A stretch of DNA of 64,000 nt. Origin: Dictyostelium discoideum. Lineage: Eukaryota. Positions 27,979 through 46,329 of the stretch are shown here, piece after piece. The position numbers were made by a program, and so were the translations under genes. The notes under the pieces were generated by a model. It was not told the DNA's origin. It did no database searches and saw nothing but the letters and a program-made list of their open reading frames with translations. Position 1 is the stretch's first letter, and each line of letters begins with the position of its first letter. Where the stretch lies: positions 2,048,001-2,112,000 of the forward strand of contig CM000153.2 in assembly GCA_000004695.1 (NCBI GenBank). The letters run 5' to 3'.

Positions 27979-28478
27979 ATATAAAATAAAATAAATAAAA
28001 TAAAAATTACCTGACTTAAAAATGTAAAGAATTGTGTTTATTGTCCAAATTAAAAAAGTGATATTTTTTTTTTATTAAAATTATTTTCTTTTTATTTTTA
28101 AAATAAAGATACAATTAATTTAAAACAAAAAGAGGAAGAAATTGGGAAGGGTTCAAGATTTTCATAAAAATTTTAAAATAAAATAAATATTAAAATTTTT
28201 TTTTTATTTTTTTTTGAATCTGACAATTGGTAACAACTTTTTTTATATTTTTTTTTATTTTTTTTTATTTTTTTTTATATATTATTTGATTCACAGTTAA
28301 AGCTTCTTTTTTTTTTTATTTTTTTTTTTTTTTCTTTTTGTGTACTATCAAAGTTGATTGGGTTTTTTAACCAATCACAACGTGATGGTAGTGGCAATAT
28401 AAAACAAATTTTTTTTTTTTAGTTTAATAATTTAACACTTTATAAAAAAAAAAAAAAAAATCATCACATACTTTTATG
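27796..28478 (+). repeat. copy 1 of a roughly 0.7-kb direct segmental repeat
   Basis: Near-identical to 30871..31668. Shared blocks include ttttgtttttcaaac, gcttttcttttaaaaataaaccaataattagccaatcgactaacgtttaaaaatatttttatttttatttttatttttataataataaaaaaggag, ttgtccaaat, ttattaaaattattttctttttatttttaaaataaagatacaattaatttaaaacaaaaagaggaagaaattgggaagggttcaagattttcat, gtactatcaaagttgattgggttttttaaccaatcacaacgtgatggtagtggcaatataaaacaa and aatcatcacatacttttat. The copies differ mainly in homopolymer-tract lengths. Confidence 0.9.
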
Positions 28479-29505
28479 AGAAAAAAAAAAAGATACATAA
28501 AATTTAAAATGAGTAATAAAATAGCAAACCAGAAAAGTTTGATGAATATTGGCAATGTTTTCACTTAAAAATGGTACAAAAAAAGAATGGAAGAGGTGAA
28601 GGTAATGTTTATTTTGGTTTAAAATTGTATAGTTGCAATAAATGTGACATAAAGAGATGTGTATACCGCCATCTCCACCTGAACACACTTTCAATTCAAC
28701 AGTATTATTCATAAGATACTATATAGAGAAAAGATTAATCTCAAATCACATAATAATCAATAATAATAATAACTAATAATAATGACCAATAATAATAATA
28801 ATAATAATAACTAATAAACTACATTAAAGTTTAAACAAGTTAATTCAAACTATGTAATCAGTTTTATTTTATAGAATTATTATTCTTCATCTAAATTTAA
28901 TTTAATTCTGTCATTGATTTCAATTGATAAATAAAATTTTAACATATCACACCAAGTGTTTTTTTTATTTTTTTTTTTTTTATTTTAATAATGCCAATAT
29001 TATTTTATTCTTATACTTGGCAACCTTCTCAAAGAACGCCAATCCCAAGTTCATCAACTGGTTAAGAAAGGTATCTGATCTTTGCATACCAATCGGTGGA
29101 ACCATTATACGTTTTGCATTTAGTAATATACTTTGGTATGGAATGAAAAACTTTTATAAAAAGCATGGTTTTTAAAAAAAAAAAAAATCTTTTTTTTACA
29201 AAAAAAAAAAAAAAAATGAAAAAACGAAAAAATGGTTTTAGCTCGCATTTTTAAAATATCATGATTTTTTTTTTTCTTCCATTTATTCTTTATGTTTTTT
29301 TCCCTCGTGGATTTATCTTCGATCGAACCGTCACATCTCTTTTATTTATAATAAAAATAACAAAAATTATTTTACCATCATTTGTCATTTTAAAAATAAA
29401 TATAAATAAACATAAACATTAAACAAACAACAACAATAACAATAACAACAACAACATAATATAATCAATATAATTTTAATATATATATATAGATAATAAA
29501 TAAAT

Positions 29506-30422
29506 ATGAAGATAATAAATAGTTTTCTTATTACATTAATTTTTGTTCAATTAATTTTACAAATTAATGGTATAAATGAAAGTTTATTTAATCAAAACAG
29601 ACAAGTTAGAAAATCAAATTTAGAAGATGATATACCATTATACTTTTCAGTATTACCTTTTGCAAGAGGTAATTTTTAATCAACATTATATATTTATAGA
29701 ATACACAATTTTTTTTACATCAATATTAACATCATCATCATCATCATATTAAATATATATAATTATTTATTTTTTTACATATTATAGGTAATTATTCATG
29801 CTCATTTGGTGGTATTTATGGAATTGGATTCCTTGGTTTAATAAATCAATGTGTCAATGATCCATATAATCCAGATTATAATTATTACATTTTCTTACAA
29901 GAGCAAGGTTCAGATAATGAACAAATTGTGTATCAATTACATAATAAAACCGATACCGATTGTACTGGTGAACCACCATTTTCAAATTATCATTTCATAA
30001 ATAGAGAGGGAACATGTGATGCCGCCCCTAACTTTATCGGTTTAGAGGATCAAATTGTAGATTTATACAACGAAAATAATGGTCAAAGATATCTCTATGA
30101 TGAACCTGCCTTTATAACTGTTTCCGATATGCCATATTCTGCTCATAACTCTGTATTCTTTGCTCTTTATAATCAAAGTTTTTGTAGTTCTGAAGCTCAA
30201 TATCCACACTATGCAAAAGTTTTTTCAATTGGTTTACAAATGTTAACTCAAGAAGGTGTCACCTATTTCTATTCATGTGATCCACATACTTATCTTCCAC
30301 AAATTACACTCTGTAAAAGTAAGGATAATTGTGAAACTAAAGCTTTAGATAATAGTTGTTCACTTGTAGATGGTACAGAAGATGTTTATCAACAAATCTT
30401 CTGTTCCCCAAGTTTTCAATAA
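29506..30422 (+). CDS. secreted cysteine-rich protein of unknown function, about 266 aa
   Basis: Exon 1 29506..29668 encodes MKIINSFLITLIFVQLILQINGINESLFNQNRQVRKSNLEDDIPLYFSVLPFAR (cleavable signal peptide). The donor is g|gtaattttt. A 119-bp intron ends in the acceptor attatag|GT. Exon 2 29788..30422 encodes GNYSCSFGGIYGIGFLGLINQCVNDPYNPDYNYYIFLQEQ...CTGEPPFSNYHFINREGTCDAAPNF...CKSKDNCETKALDNSCSLVDGTEDVYQQIFCSPSFQ. It has 14 Cys and several N-glycosylation sequons. I do not recognise a family. Confidence 0.65.
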
Positions 30423-30471
30423 ATAAATTAAATTTTTGAAATCACTATAAATTATATATTATTATCATTTC

Positions 30472-30508
<37 letters not shown>

Positions 30509-30870
30509 ATTGTTGATTCATTATCATTATAACTACTATCTTATGATTGAGTATTTATCTATTTCATTCTCTAATTGTTGTTGCCTATCAATTTATTATT
30601 AGTTAAAATGCTGTATGACGAAGATGATAATAATAGAGATAAAAAAAAAACTTTTGTAATAAATTTTCAAAAAAACTTAAATGAATGAGTTATGGGGTTA
30701 AAGACATTTTAATAAACAACATTACAACACACATTAAAATAATGAATAATTCATTAAAGATAATATCTTTATTTTTCATTATCTATTTATCTATTGATAA
30801 ATTCACATAAAAAAGAAAATCAAGATTGATTATAATTTTGATAGGTAAATAATTATTTAATAATAAATAA

Positions 30871-31294
30871 ATTTTGTTTTTCAAACTTTTTTTGCTTTTC
30901 TTTTAAAAATAAACCAATAATTAGCCAATCGACTAACGTTTAAAAATATTTTTATTTTTATTTTTATTTTTATAATAATAAAAAAGGAGTATTGTTTTAA
31001 AATTTTTTATTATTTAAATTTCCAAAAAAAAAAAAAAAAAAAAAAAATAAAAATAAAATAATATAAAATAAATAAAACAAAAAATTACTTGACATAAAAA
31101 TGTAAAAAATTGTGTTTATTGTCCAAATAAATAACAAACAAAAAAAAAAAATAAAAGTGATATTTTTGTTTTTATTAAAATTATTTTCTTTTTATTTTTA
31201 AAATAAAGATACAATTAATTTAAAACAAAAAAGAGGAAGAAATTGGGAAGGGTTCAAGATTTTCATTAAAAAATTAAAAATAAAATAAATATTG

Positions 31295-31325
<31 letters not shown>

Positions 31326-31335
31326 AAAAAAATTT

Positions 31336-31409
<74 letters not shown>

Positions 31410-31668
31410 AATCAGACAGTTGGTAACAACTTTTTTTATATTTTTTTTTTTTTTATTTTTTTATTTTTTTTATATTATTTGATTCACAGTTAAAGCTTTT
31501 TTTTTTTTTTTTTTTTTTTTTCTTTTTTGTGTACTATCAAAGTTGATTGGGTTTTTTAACCAATCACAACGTGATGGTAGTGGCAATATAAAACAAAATT
31601 TTTTTTTTTTTAGTTTAATAATTTAACACCTTTTATGAAAAAAAAAAAAAATCATCACATACTTTTAT
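30871..31668 (+). repeat. copy 2 of the roughly 0.7-kb direct segmental repeat
   Basis: See copy 1. This copy carries a roughly 100-nt poly(T) expansion at 31330..31408. It lies immediately upstream of the gene starting at 31840. Confidence 0.9.
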
Positions 31669-31795
31669 AAAAAAAAAAAAAAAAATATTTTTTTAAAATT
31701 TAAAAAGAAGAATAGATATTCAATCAAAAATTTATTTATTAAAACAATAATAATAATAATAATAAAATAATAAACAAACCAAATTTAAAGCAAAA

Positions 31796-31828
<33 letters not shown>

Positions 31829-31839
31829 GAACAGGCAAT

Positions 31840-36303
<4,464 letters not shown>

Positions 36304-37225
36304 CCATTAAATAAAATGATGAAATCAAACATTGTAAATTAAACACAACCAATTTTTTTTTTTTTTTTTTTTTATTTTAACTAATAAAGTTTTTTCCAAT
36401 AATTTAAAGTTGTGATGGTGAATTAATAGAAAATAAAGAAAAAAGAGTAAAGTTTGATTCTGTTACATTTGGAAATCAAAGTAAAGAAGATTTAATATTG
36501 GAACCAAAAGATGGTAATTTTGATTGTATTGCAGAAATTTATGTACCACCAGAAGCATTAAAAATATTTACAGATGGATACCAATCACAAGCATTCTATT
36601 TGATTATTTTTTTACACCTCCTACTTTTGCATTAAGAGAATTTATTTTAAAAAACAACTTAAGATGTATTTAGGAAAAATTATCAACCAAGGTGTATTTC
36701 AATGCATATTAGAAAGAGCGATAAATTTAAATAATCAAAGGTTTTGATTACAAACTTTATCAAACAACAAATTTACGAGTATGATAAAAACTATAATCAA
36801 GTAATTCAAGAATATAATAAAGAGCATGAAGGGAATAATAGGCATATCGTTCCTTTGATTCCAAATCTCAAAGAAACAATTCATCTTTTTTGGGTAAAGA
36901 TGCGAAATCCTTTGTTGGTTAAAAAGATTATAATAAATATAAAAATAATATATTAAAAAAAAAATTTAAATAAAATAAAATATTAATCGAAAAATTAAAA
37001 AAAAAAATTTATAAACCCAAAAATTGAATCGAATAGTGCATTTATTTTTAGGTTTATTATTATTTATTATATTTATTATTATTTATTATTATTTATTATA
37101 TTAATTAATATTTTTCACAGGACTTTTTTAACTGCTGGAGTGAAAATTTTCACAATATTTTTTTTTTTTTTTTTTTTTCCACTTGATTTTTTACGTCTAT
37201 ATCGATGCACTTATTCATATAAAAA

Positions 37226-38826
37226 ATGAAAAATAATAAATCAAAAAATAATATCAATACTACAACCATAGCACCAGTAGATAATAATAATGATAATAAC
37301 AACAACAAAAATGACAGTAGTAGTGGTAGTATTAATACAAATAAAAATGTATCATATGACACAAAATGTAATATTCATTTAGATCAAGAGATTGAATTAA
37401 TTTGTACAGATTGCAAAGTACCAATATGTAAATTTTGTATAATTAGTAGTGGTAAACATGTTAGACATACATTTGATTTAATTAAAATGGAAAATTCAAA
37501 AGAACTCTTTATTGAATTTAAATCAAAACATATTAAAAATTTACAACAATGTCTTGATGCAGATAAAGAAATTCAAAAAAAATCAAATGAGATATTTAGT
37601 AAAATTGATTCACAACATGCATCAGATTTAGAATCAATAAAAAAGGGATTTGAAGAATTACGTAAAGTAATTAGTGCAGTTGAAACAGATATAACAAGAC
37701 AATTAATAACTAAATTCGATGAGAATGAAGATGTATCAACTAAAATCAAACAATTAATAGAAGATAATAAAAAATCTATAGATTCAATTGTAAATAAACA
37801 TAAAGATTCAATTGATACTTATAAAATTGAACAAATCGTTAATAATAATAAACAATTGAATATTGAATTATTAAAGTATGGTCATAAATCACAATTATTA
37901 TTCAATAATTTAAAAGATAATGAAAATGAAAAACAACTATTTGAATATAAAAAAACAACTTTAAATAGGTTAATTGATTCAACTAAACAATCAATTACCA
38001 ATTCATTTAAAATCAATTCTGACCAATTTTATAATCCAGAACCGGATTCTTTTGAATGTAATGTATCCAAATTATAAAATAATATTGATAATATGCAAAC
38101 ATATATATATATTAACTCTTTTATAATTTTATTATTGTTTTATTTTAAAAAGTACGTGGTGTAAAATTTAAAATATATAGGGATGGAACAAAAAATGTAA
38201 ATTTTAATAGTTCTGTAGCATTTGGACCACATAATAAAACTTCTATTCGTTTTTCCATCTTCCACTCTCTCACTACTGTATGCTTAATGGATGGATTTGA
38301 TCAAACACTTTATGCTAATACATTACCAACATCAATAACAGATTTATATATTGGTGATATTAAATCCAATTTAGTTGTAGGTTCAATTCCTAAAAGTGTT
38401 AAATCATTATTTTTAATGGATGGATTTAGTCGATCATTAGAATCTGGTATTATTCCAGAAAATGTAGAAAATCTCTATATAGGTAAAATTAAATCAAAAT
38501 TAAGTAATACTTCAATTTCTAGTTCTAATAATCCACTTTACCACTATGGTGCCTATAATAAAAGATCATTATACTTGATGGATGGTTTCGATCAAAACTT
38601 AACATCTCAAATGTTTTCAAATGGTACTTTAGAAACTATATGTTGTGGTGATACTGATGTTATCATTCAATATGGTATTACAGTCTCAAATTCTGGATCC
38701 TATACACCTGTCATTTATAATCAAAAATATAAACACACCAATAAAAGACAACTAGATGAAAAAAGAGAATGGGGTGATTCTTCATTCAAAATTACATATA
38801 TCAAAAATTTCTTTAATCACAATTGA
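37226..38826 (+). CDS. B-box zinc finger plus FNIP-repeat protein (Dictyostelium-type architecture), about 502 aa
   Basis: Exon 1 37226..38057 encodes an N-rich N-terminus, CNIHLDQEIELICTDCKVPICKFCIISSGKHVRHTF (B-box C/H zinc finger) and a coiled coil. The donor is GAA T|gtaatg. A 95-bp intron ends in the acceptor ttaaaaag|TA. Exon 2 38153..38826 is open in frame from RGVKFKIYRDGTKNVNFNSS... through three FNIP-like repeats (MDGFDQTLYANTLPTSITDLYIGDIKSN..., LMDGFSRSLESGIIPENVENLYIGKIKS..., LMDGFDQNLTSQMFSNGTLETICCGD). Confidence 0.75.
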
Positions 38827-39290
38827 TATTGATGATGATGATGATGATGATCATAGGTATTAGGATTATAAATATAGTTAATATTTTATGTTGATTCAAT
38901 TAAAGTAAGGAATACCATTAAACATAAATAAAAATGTGTGTTAAAAAAAAAAAAAAAAAAAAAGAATTCAAAAAACAGAATGATTACATTGATTTTTTTA
39001 TTTTTTTTTTATTTTATATCATTTCGTGTATTTTTTGAGTGATCCATATGTAAAAAATAAATAAAATTTAATTATTGTTAAAAAATGAAAAAAAAAAAAA
39101 AAAAAAAAGAATGAAAATATTTTATTTTTTATTTTTATTTTTATTTTAAAACCAACGCATTTTAATTATCTGAATGAGGTGATTGGTTAAAAAGAATTTT
39201 TTTAATTTTTTTTTTTTTTTAATTTTTTTTTTTTTTGTAACCCCAGATTTTTTCAAATATCTAACTTTTTTTTTTCACTTTTTTTCTTCA

Positions 39291-39321
<31 letters not shown>

Positions 39322-39339
39322 AAATAGACTTTCAGCGAA

Positions 39340-39607
39340 ATGGAAAATAATAATAATGAACCTGCAGAAACAGTCCAAGAAAAAGGACCAAAACTAAAAA
39401 ATGACATTGATTTAAATGACCAATTTAAAGATGAAAAAGAAAAAAAAGAGGAAATATCAAGTTCCTCAATTGAAAATAAAAATAATAATAATAATAACAC
39501 TTCCACCAATAATGTAATACCAAATGAAAGTAATAATAACATTTCTAACAACAATGTAATATCAAATGAAAATAATAATACCAATAATAATACCGATAAT
39601 AATACCG

Positions 39608-39650
<43 letters not shown>

Positions 39651-40660
39651 ACCTGTAACATCATTTACTGTTAATAATAAAAGTTTAATTGAAAAAGAAC
39701 CAACATTATTTGAATTTAATCAAGAACAACAAATTAAATATAAAAATAAAAGTATTAATAGTTTAATAATAAAAAGATCTGGTATAGTAATTAAAATCAG
39801 TCAAAAGAAATCAACTATAATATATCAAGATTCAATAATTGCTTGTTCAGAATTACCCGATAATTTTGATACAGCAACGACAACAACCACCACAACAACA
39901 ACACTACCAATAAAAGTAACATTATTTACATGTGTATTAAAGAAAAAGCAATTAACAATTGATAAAGAACAAAGAAAAAGAAAATCTTATACTTTTCAAT
40001 TTAAAAGCAATCAAGATTCTTTAAATTTTTATTCAAATATTCAATCAACATTTTTAAATTCATTACCAAGTATGTTTATTAAATTAATTAATTAATATTT
40101 TTTAAAAACTTCTTACATATTAACTTTTTTTTTTTTTTTTTTTTTTAGGAGGTAATCCAAAGAATAGAAAGATTAGAATTTTAATTAATCCAAAATCAGG
40201 TAAAAAGGAAAGTCATAATATTTTTAAAGAGGTTGAACAATTATTTAAAGATTCAGGTATAAAAATGAAATTAACTGTTACTATGGAACCAGAACATGCG
40301 AAAAAGATTGGATTCAAATCGAATATTTACAAGTATGATACCGTTGTATTTATATCTGGTGATGGTTTATTACATGAATTTATAAATGGATTATTATCAC
40401 GTGAGGATTATGAAGATGCTAAAAAGATACCACTTGCATTAATACCAGCTGGTACTGGTAATGGTTTAGCCAATTCAATTGGTTTACAAGATCCAATGTC
40501 TGCTGCTTTAGCTATTTTACGTGGTTTCACTAAACCTTTAGATGTTTGTATTGTACAACAACCAACTGTAACAACAATTCCTGTCGTTGATAATAATACA
40601 GTAACAACAACAACTACTACTACTTCTCCAACTAGTGCTTCTCCAACTATTACATCAGCA

Positions 40661-40739
<79 letters not shown>

Positions 40740-41701
40740 GTAATATTACAAAATGGTGTTCAATTTTATCATTAACATGGGGACTAGTTTCAGATGTTGA
40801 TATTGAATCAGAAAAGTATAGATCGTTAGGTGATTTACGTTTAATTATAGGTGCAGCAGTACGTATTTTAAATCTACGTATTTATAGAGGAAAAGTTTAT
40901 TTTTTACCAGCTATTCCTTTGGATAAATCTCAAATGCAATCAATTCCAAAATGTTCATTCGATTGTAATATTTGTGATAGTTCAAATTCTGTTAAAGTTA
41001 TTGAAGATTTAGTTTGTAATGATAATGATAATAATAATAAAAACAAAAATGAAGAACAAAATGAAATAAATTCAACTACAAGTAATAATAATAATAATAA
41101 TAATACTACAACTACATCAACATCATCATCAACATCGACATCGACATCAACATCATCATTAACAGCAACAACAACAACAGCAAAATCAACAAATTCATTA
41201 TCGTCATCACCAAGAAGTGATATTAATATGAGTTCAAATTCAATTTCAAAATCATTAGATATTGGTACAATACCTTCATGCAAAGTAACACACAATTCAA
41301 ATCTTTTGAATGAATCAAGTGATTCATTACTTTCAAAAGGTTGGAAATGTATTGAAGGTGAATTCATTGGTGTTGTCGCAAGTACAGTTTCACATTTAGC
41401 ATCAGATTTTATATCATCCCCAAATGCTCATTTATCAGATGGTTTAATTGATTTAATTTTCATTAATAATCGTTCGAAATTAAGTAAAGCAAGTTTATTA
41501 TCAATTTTAACAGATTCTGCAACTGGTGATCATTTAAAATCTGATCTAATCGAACATCATAAAGTAAAAGCTCTCATCTTGGAACCTTCAATTCAAAAAC
41601 ATGGTATTGTTGCAATTGATGGTGAAAGAATACCATATGCTAAAACTTCTATGGAAAATATTAGAGGTTGTTTAAATTTAATTTGTAGATCTTATCATTA
41701 A
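39340..41701 (+). CDS. sphingosine kinase (DAGK_cat / LCB kinase family), about 760 aa
   Basis: Exon 1 39340..40069 is N-rich (donor CCA a|gtatgttt). A 79-bp intron ends in the acceptor ttttttag|GA. Exon 2 40149..41701 encodes [55 protein letters not shown]...[50 protein letters not shown]...[13 protein letters not shown], the diagnostic sphingosine kinase C1–C3 motifs. There is an N30 insertion from (AAT)n at about 40663..40740. The C-terminal region has [36 protein letters not shown]. Confidence 0.85.
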
Positions 41702-42140
41702 TCTATTTTATTTTTGGTTTTTTTTTTTTTTTTTTTTTTTTTTCTTTCCAAAACAAAAATAAAAATAAAAGTAAATAAATGAAATTTTATGATTATAGAA
41801 AAATGAAATATTATTTTTAGTTTCCAAAAAATAAAAAAAAAATAAATAAAAAAAAAATATTTTTTGATCAAAAAATTTATTTTTTTTTTAATTTTTTTCT
41901 TTTTTTTTTTTTTTTTTAATTTCAATTTTGTTTGGAGTTTGTGCTGTTCACATTTTTTTAATTAATTTTTTTTTAAAATTTTTTTAATTTTTTTTTTAAT
42001 TTCAATTTTTTTTTTTTTTTTTTTTTTTATTGTTATTCCATTATTTACACATACACTTACACACATCATCATCATAATCATATATTTTTAATAGATATTG
42101 ATATATATATTTAAAAAAATAAAATAAAATAAAATAAAAA

Positions 42141-43556
42141 ATGTCAACAGAGGAAACAAAAAAAGAGCAAGCACTTCAAAATTATAGAGATCGTTTAATA
42201 GAACATAAAAATGCAGAACTTAGATTAAATAAAGCTCACGAACTTATTAAAAAATTAAAAAAAGATTTTCAAAAAACAGAGGATCACATTAAAACTATTC
42301 AATATATTGGTGAAATAATTGGTGAAGTTTTAAGATCATTAGATGAAGAAAGATGTAAGTTAAATAATAATAATAAAATTTCATATATAATTTATTTTAA
42401 AAAATAACATATAAAATAAATAATATTATTATTGTTTTTTTTTTTATAACTTAATTTATTTCTAACTTTATTTTATAATTTTTTTTTTTTATAATATTAA
42501 ATTATAATTTTTTTTTTTTTTTTTTTCTTTATTTTTTATTATAAAAAATAAAATAAAATAAAATAAAATAAAATTAATCAATAATTAGTTATTGTTAAAG
42601 CATGTAATGGACCAAGATATGTTGTTAGATGTGCAAATTATCAAGATAAAGCACATTTATTAGTACCAGGTGCACGTGTTACATTAGATTTAACAACATT
42701 AACAATTTTAAAGATATTACCACGTGAAGTTGATCCAATCATTTTCAATATGACAGCTGAATCACCAGGTAGTGTATCGTATGGTGAAATTGGTGGATTA
42801 AGTAATCAAATCAGAGAGTTAAGAGAAGTTGTAGAGTTACCATTGATGATTCCAGAGTTATTTATTCGTGTTGGTATTAAAGCACCAAAGGGTGTATTAT
42901 TGTATGGTCCACCAGGTACTGGTAAGACATTGTTAGCTCGTGCTATCGCATCAAATTTAGAGGCAAATTTCTTAAAGGTTGTTTCATCTGCAATCGTTGA
43001 TAAATACATTGGTGAGAGTGCTCGTGTAATTCGTGAGATGTTTGGTTATGCTCGTGATCATCAACCATGTGTGATCTTTATGGATGAAATCGATGCAATT
43101 GGTGGTAGACGTTTCTCAGAGGGTACTTCTGCAGATCGTGAAATTCAAAGAACACTCATGGAATTATTAAATCAAATGGATGGTTTCGATACTCTCTCAA
43201 AGGTTAAAATCATCATGGCTACAAATCGTCCTGATGTTTTAGATCCTGCCCTCCTTCGTCCAGGTCGTTTAGATAGAAAAATAGAAATTCCTTTACCAAA
43301 TGAAGCTGGTCGTGTCGATGTTCTTAAAATTCATGCTGCAAATATCACCAAACATGGTGATGTAGATTATGAAGCTATCGCTAAATTAGCTGATGGTTTC
43401 AATGCTGCTGATTTACGTAATGTATGTACTGAAGCTGGTATGTTTGCAATTAGAGCTGAAAGAGATTATGTAATGGAAGAAGACTTTATGAAAGCTGTTA
43501 GAAAATGTCAAGAAGCAAAGAAATTAGAAGGTAAACTCGATTATCAAAAAGTTTAA
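42141..43556 (+). CDS. psmC6: 26S proteasome regulatory subunit 10B (Rpt4 / PSMC6) AAA-ATPase, about 394 aa
   Basis: Exon 1 42141..42354 encodes [29 protein letters not shown]...[19 protein letters not shown]. The donor is AGA T|gtaagtta. A 234-bp intron ends in the acceptor aattag|TT. Exon 2 42589..43556 encodes [122 protein letters not shown]..., about 80% identical to human PSMC6 through the AAA module. Confidence 0.92.
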
Positions 43557-43814
43557 AAAAAAATTTATAATTTCTTTTTTTTAGGATTAATCTTAAAAAT
43601 AATAATAATAATAATAAACTAAAAATCATGTATCTATCAATTTAATTAAATAAAATAAAAAAAATAAAAAAAAAAAGTTATAAAACAAATAAATTCAAAT
43701 GTAATAAAAAGAATATTTCTTTTAAAAAAAATGTAATAATACTTTTATGTTTTTTATTTTTAATTTATTAATTTTATTTATTGTCTAATTATTAATTTGG
43801 TTTATTTATATTAA

Positions 43815-44957
43815 TTAAACAGCAGAAAAACCCATATCACCAAAATTTATATTTGGAAAATTCATAAATCCAAGACCAGAATTAAAATCAATAAAATTGT
43901 TGGCATTTTGGAAATCTAAAGATTGTTGATTTTGAGGTGATTGGTTTTGTTGTTGTTGATTTTGTTGTTGATTTTGTTGTTGATTTTGTTGTTGTTGTTG
44001 TTGAATTGCAACTTGTTGGTGTTGTTGTTGTTGTTGTTGAGCTTGTTGTTGCATATATTGTTGTTGCATCAAATATCTTTGAGCTTGTTGTTGTTGCTGT
44101 TGTTGTTGTAAATGGTATTGTTGCATATAGTACTGTTGTTGTTGTTGTTGATCCATAGTTTGTTGCATGTATTGTTGTTGAGCAGCTTGTTGCATTTGTA
44201 ATTGTTGTTGCATTTGTAATTGTGGATCAATATAAGTTGTATAATCAAGTTGACCTTGTTGTTGTTGTTGTTGTGGTTGTTGACCTTGTTGTTGGTTTTG
44301 TTGTTGTTGTTGTGGTTGTTGTTGTTGTTGTTGTGGTTGTTGTTGCATTTGTTGTTGTTGTTGTTGTTGAACTTGTTGTTGGGACTGTTGTTGTTGTTGG
44401 ATTTGTTGTTGTTGTAATTGTTGAGATTGTTGTGGAACAACAGAATTTGAATTTGAAGGATTAAACATATTGAAATAAGTTTCGTAAGATTGATTAATAT
44501 GATCAACTTTTTGTTTATATGGACAAACTTTACAAGAACAAGGATTATCTGGATTATTTTCACCACAAGCTCCACCACTTGAACCACCGCATTTATCTTT
44601 AAAGTTTTCATCTTTTTTAAGTTCAACTTTAACCATTTCTAATATTTCACACATTGTTTGAGCATCATTTGCACAAGTATTAATCTTAAATGCACCATCT
44701 GCACCATCTGGATCAAGGCATTGTAATTGTTTAAATGCACCAATAAATTCTTTAAATGCACTTTGGAATTCATCTTTACTATTTAAAATTGGTTTATTGA
44801 TATTTTCATCATTTTCGGTATTATTGATTATATTATTATTATTATTATTACATTCGGTATTTTCAATTTTAACAATATGTTCGTTATTTTCATTATTATT
44901 ATTATTATTATTATTACAAGAAGAAGTAGTAGTTGTTGTAGTTGTTGTAGTGGATGT

Positions 44958-45044
<87 letters not shown>

Positions 45045-45913
45045 GTTATTATTATTAATATTATTATTATTATTTATATTATTTGTTACATTATTTAATA
45101 ATTGTTGTTGTTGCTGTTGTTGTTGAATTAATTGAATGATATTATTTTCTTTATCATGATAACATAATTTTTTTAATAGACGTTGTTGTTCTTTTTGTTG
45201 ATGTTCAATTCTATTGAGGGTATCCATTAAAGAATCAGTTGGAGCTCTCTTTCTCTTTTTAGCTTTCTTTTTAACTTGATCAGGTTTTGAAACCACTCTA
45301 ATTGGATGAGTTATGACAGAGAGGCCATGAGTTTCTTTACGAGTTCTTGGATCTACTATTTTAACCTTAGCACGGAATAACATATCTTCAAGTTGTGATG
45401 ATAATACTTTAATTCTAAGTTCAATGGTTAATTGATCACCTTCTTCATTGGCACGTGTTTTATACTCTAATGGTTTAACAGTGGCAGAATCAACTTCTTT
45501 TAAACTTTCACTATCGTATACTAATTGAACTTCGGGTGTTAATTGATGAAAGTTTAAACTACTATCCAATAAAGATAGAGTCAAAAGGAATGGATTATTT
45601 TTTACAACTACATGAACATTCTTTTGAACACCATTCTTACTAAATTTCTCTTCGACAAGACATGTTTGTTGTGATATCATTATTCTCTTATTTGATGTAC
45701 CATTCAATAGTAGATTTGGACTACTTGTTGTTGATGGTGAATTTAAACTTGAATTATTTGAAATGGTTATTGGTGATGATATTGCTGATGGTGAGTTTGT
45801 AAGATTAGCTGGTGATGCTTGCAATTGTCCAATTTGTGGTGTATTTGTTGATGATGATTTATTTGATGTTAAATTATTACTTGCATTATTATTATTATTA
45901 TTATTATTATTAC

Positions 45914-45944
<31 letters not shown>

Positions 45945-46220
45945 GTTGTTATTCGTATTTATACAATTTGGGGACATTGTACTACCATTTGTAGTACCAT
46001 TTGGTGAATTTGAATAATCTGGAACATTTCTTAATTGTTGTTGTTGAGGTTGTTGTTGTTGTTGTTGTAAATGATGTAAATGTGGCACAACATGTTGTTG
46101 CATTTGTTGTTGATTCATCATCATACCATTATTTCCATTATTATTATTATTAAATGATTGATTAGAACCTTGCGCACCATAATGACCCAAATCAATATTA
46201 TGAAAATTTTGACTTTGATT

Positions 46221-46223
<3 letters not shown>
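43815..46223 (-). CDS. Q/N-rich low-complexity protein with a central conserved globular region and a Cys-cluster; putative nuclear regulator, 802 aa
   Basis: Single ORF with poly-Q ends. Central non-repetitive region: NGVQKNVHVVVKNNPFLLTLSLLDSSLNFHQLTPEVQLVYDSESLKEVDSATVKPLEYKTRANEEGDQLTIELRIKVLSSQLEDMLFRAKVKIVDPRTRKETHGLSVITHPIRVVSKPDQVKKKAKKRKR (basic NLS-like). C-terminal Cys cluster: CLDPDGADGAFKINTCANDAQTMCEILEMVKV...CGGSSGGACGENNPDNPCSCKVCPY. It resembles Dictyostelium Q-rich nuclear factors (CudA-type domain organisation) but I cannot confirm the family. Confidence 0.6.
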
Positions 46224-46257
<34 letters not shown>

Positions 46258-46293
46258 ATAAATGGTAATTCTTATTTATTAAATTTTAACTTA

Positions 46294-46329
<36 letters not shown>

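Noticed and set aside
28464-29175. Two short ORFs (82 aa minus, 83 aa plus) in the gene desert
   Set aside because: No recognisable domain, signal peptide or splice-consistent partner exons. The first overlaps the end of the segmental repeat. They are kept only as a note inside the gene-desert finding.
43937-46017. Multiple plus-strand ORFs (poly-V, poly-L, poly-Y/C) within 43815..46223
   Set aside because: They are antisense to the Q-rich minus-strand gene and consist only of repeat-derived homopolymers.
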